From the NCBI GenBank assembly GCA_945871425.1, contig CAMBVS010000001.1, positions 16,303 through 80,302 on the forward strand: 64,000 nucleotides of DNA. The letters run 5' to 3'. Made by a program: the position numbers and the translations under genes. The stretch is from Rhizobium sp. Q54. Lineage in GTDB: Bacteria; Pseudomonadota; Alphaproteobacteria; SHVZ01. Shown here one piece after another: positions 63,195 to 64,000 of the stretch. Below the pieces are notes generated by a model. It saw nothing but the letters and a program-made list of their open reading frames with translations, had not been told where the DNA came from and searched no databases. Each line of letters starts with the position of its first letter. The first letter of the stretch is position 1.

Positions 63195-64000
63195 ATGGCA
63201 ACTTTGGTCGATTCGGCAGGCGAGGAAGCAAGTCAGCCGCCCGACGACTTCCTCCGACGGCTGATAAGCGGCGGCTGGCGCGTTCTTCGCGACGAACAGA
63301 TCGAGGAGCAAGACGCAGTCCTCCTCGAACTCGTCCATCCATCGGCTCCCCTCTTTGTCGAGGTTCTCTTTCTCGCGGTATCGCGCTTCGCGGAAACTTC
63401 TTCCGATGCAGCGCGACGCATTATCGCTGAGAAAGCCATCAAACACGGCCCGGGCGCAGCGATCGGTTATCTCCAGATGCTGCGGTCAAAGGATCCTTCG
63501 GCAGGGCTCAGGGCAGGGTTCGCGTTGGGACTGAGCTTCCAGGGTCAAACACTCTCCGCAACCGGCAGCATAGACGAGATGTCTGACATTCTCTTGAGTG
63601 AGATCACGGTGCTCCGGGATCGAGCCGTGAGATTCGGTTCGAGCGAGCCGAAGACTTCTTCGGCCGATGGCGGTGACGCAAAGCCCGCCCCGTGCCTCGT
63701 CGCCGACGACCTGCCGGCGGTGTCCGACGGGCTTCCGGCGAAGCCCGGCCTCGGCTTCGACCGCATCGCAGCCGCGATCGTCAAGCTGGTCGACGGCGTC
63801 GTCGACGAGGCCCGCGACCGTGAGGCGCGCGACGAGAGCCTGATCACCGTCGGCATCTACGGTCTCTGGGGCTCGGGCAAGTCGACGCTGATGCGGGCGA
63901 TCCGGGGCGCGCTGCCGGCGAAACGCTACCTCTCCATCTCGGTCAATCCCTGGAAGATCGCGGAGAAGGAGAGCCTCTACGACTACTTCCGCGACCGCAC
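63195..64000 (+). CDS. KAP-family P-loop NTPase with ~220-aa N-terminal extension (partial, runs off window)
   Basis: This frame is not in the ORF track because it has no stop in the window. It is open from 63066, with its first ATG at 63195. It translates to 'MATLVDSAGEE...PGLGFDRIAAAIVKLV...LITVGIYGLWGSGKSTLMRAI...'. The 'G(I/L)xGxWGSGKS(T/S)' context preceded by 'GFDR..A..I' is KAP-like. Lower GC: 35/60 on line 63361. Confidence 0.65.
   Translation, partial: MATLVDSAGEEASQPPDDFLRRLISGGWRVLRDEQIEEQDAVLLELVHPSAPLFVEVLFLAVSRFAETSSDAARRIIAEKAIKHGPGAAIGYLQMLRSKDPSAGLRAGFALGLSFQGQTLSATGSIDEMSDILLSEITVLRDRAVRFGSSEPKTSSADGGDAKPAPCLVADDLPAVSDGLPAKPGLGFDRIAAAIVKLVDGVVDEARDREARDESLITVGIYGLWGSGKSTLMRAIRGALPAKRYLSISVNPWKIAEKESLYDYFRDR

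Noticed and set aside
63159-63856. Minus-strand ORFs 63159..63446, 63233..63442 and 63545..63856
   Set aside because: They are antisense to the open + strand frame encoding the KAP-like NTPase, which has a clear Walker A context. None has a recognisable motif.
1-64000. Mobile elements (IS/transposase, integrase, phage or plasmid genes)
   Set aside because: No DDE/HUH transposase, tyrosine or serine recombinase, or phage structural motif was recognised in any frame. The only hints of mobility are the repeats, the tRNA-like fragments and the local GC dips.

Overview
This is a densely coding, very GC-rich chromosomal segment. Gene content and synteny (bolA / J-domain / cobS / cobT, pgk, cspA, Yej-like peptide ABC transporter, ECF sigma + YciI) suggest an alphaproteobacterium of the Rhizobiales type. 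I support about 60 protein genes. They include a DegP protease with an OmpR/HK pair, several SAM methyltransferases, two family-5 peptide ABC systems, redox and hydrolase enzymes, an ArsR-controlled flavoprotein/MFS cluster, a DinG-like helicase, pgk and cobS/cobT. I found no rRNA gene, intact tRNA gene, CRISPR array, transposase, integrase or phage gene. Many long ORFs in the six-frame track are antisense or upstream read-through artefacts of high GC, and I trimmed or rejected them. Six places deserve a second look: (1) a lower-GC single-gene islet encoding a fatty-acyl-AMP-ligase / carrier-protein / DltD-like (SGNH-type) fusion, bordered by tRNA 3'-end-like fragments; (2) a ~980-aa patatin-type lipase whose catalytic Ser and Asp motifs are separated by a block of ~11 hydrophobic helices; (3) a lower-GC membrane/coiled-coil protein placed directly upstream of an XRE antitoxin-like regulator; (4) an ArsR / Cys-tailed flavoprotein / MFS cluster; (5) a KAP-type P-loop NTPase with a long N-terminal extension that starts a lower-GC patch and runs off the window end (absent from the ORF track); (6) two families of modular, strongly structured intergenic repeats, plus a tandem-hairpin 3' region after cspA and two apparently leaderless promoters. 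All functional calls rest on motif recognition by eye. No database search was run.
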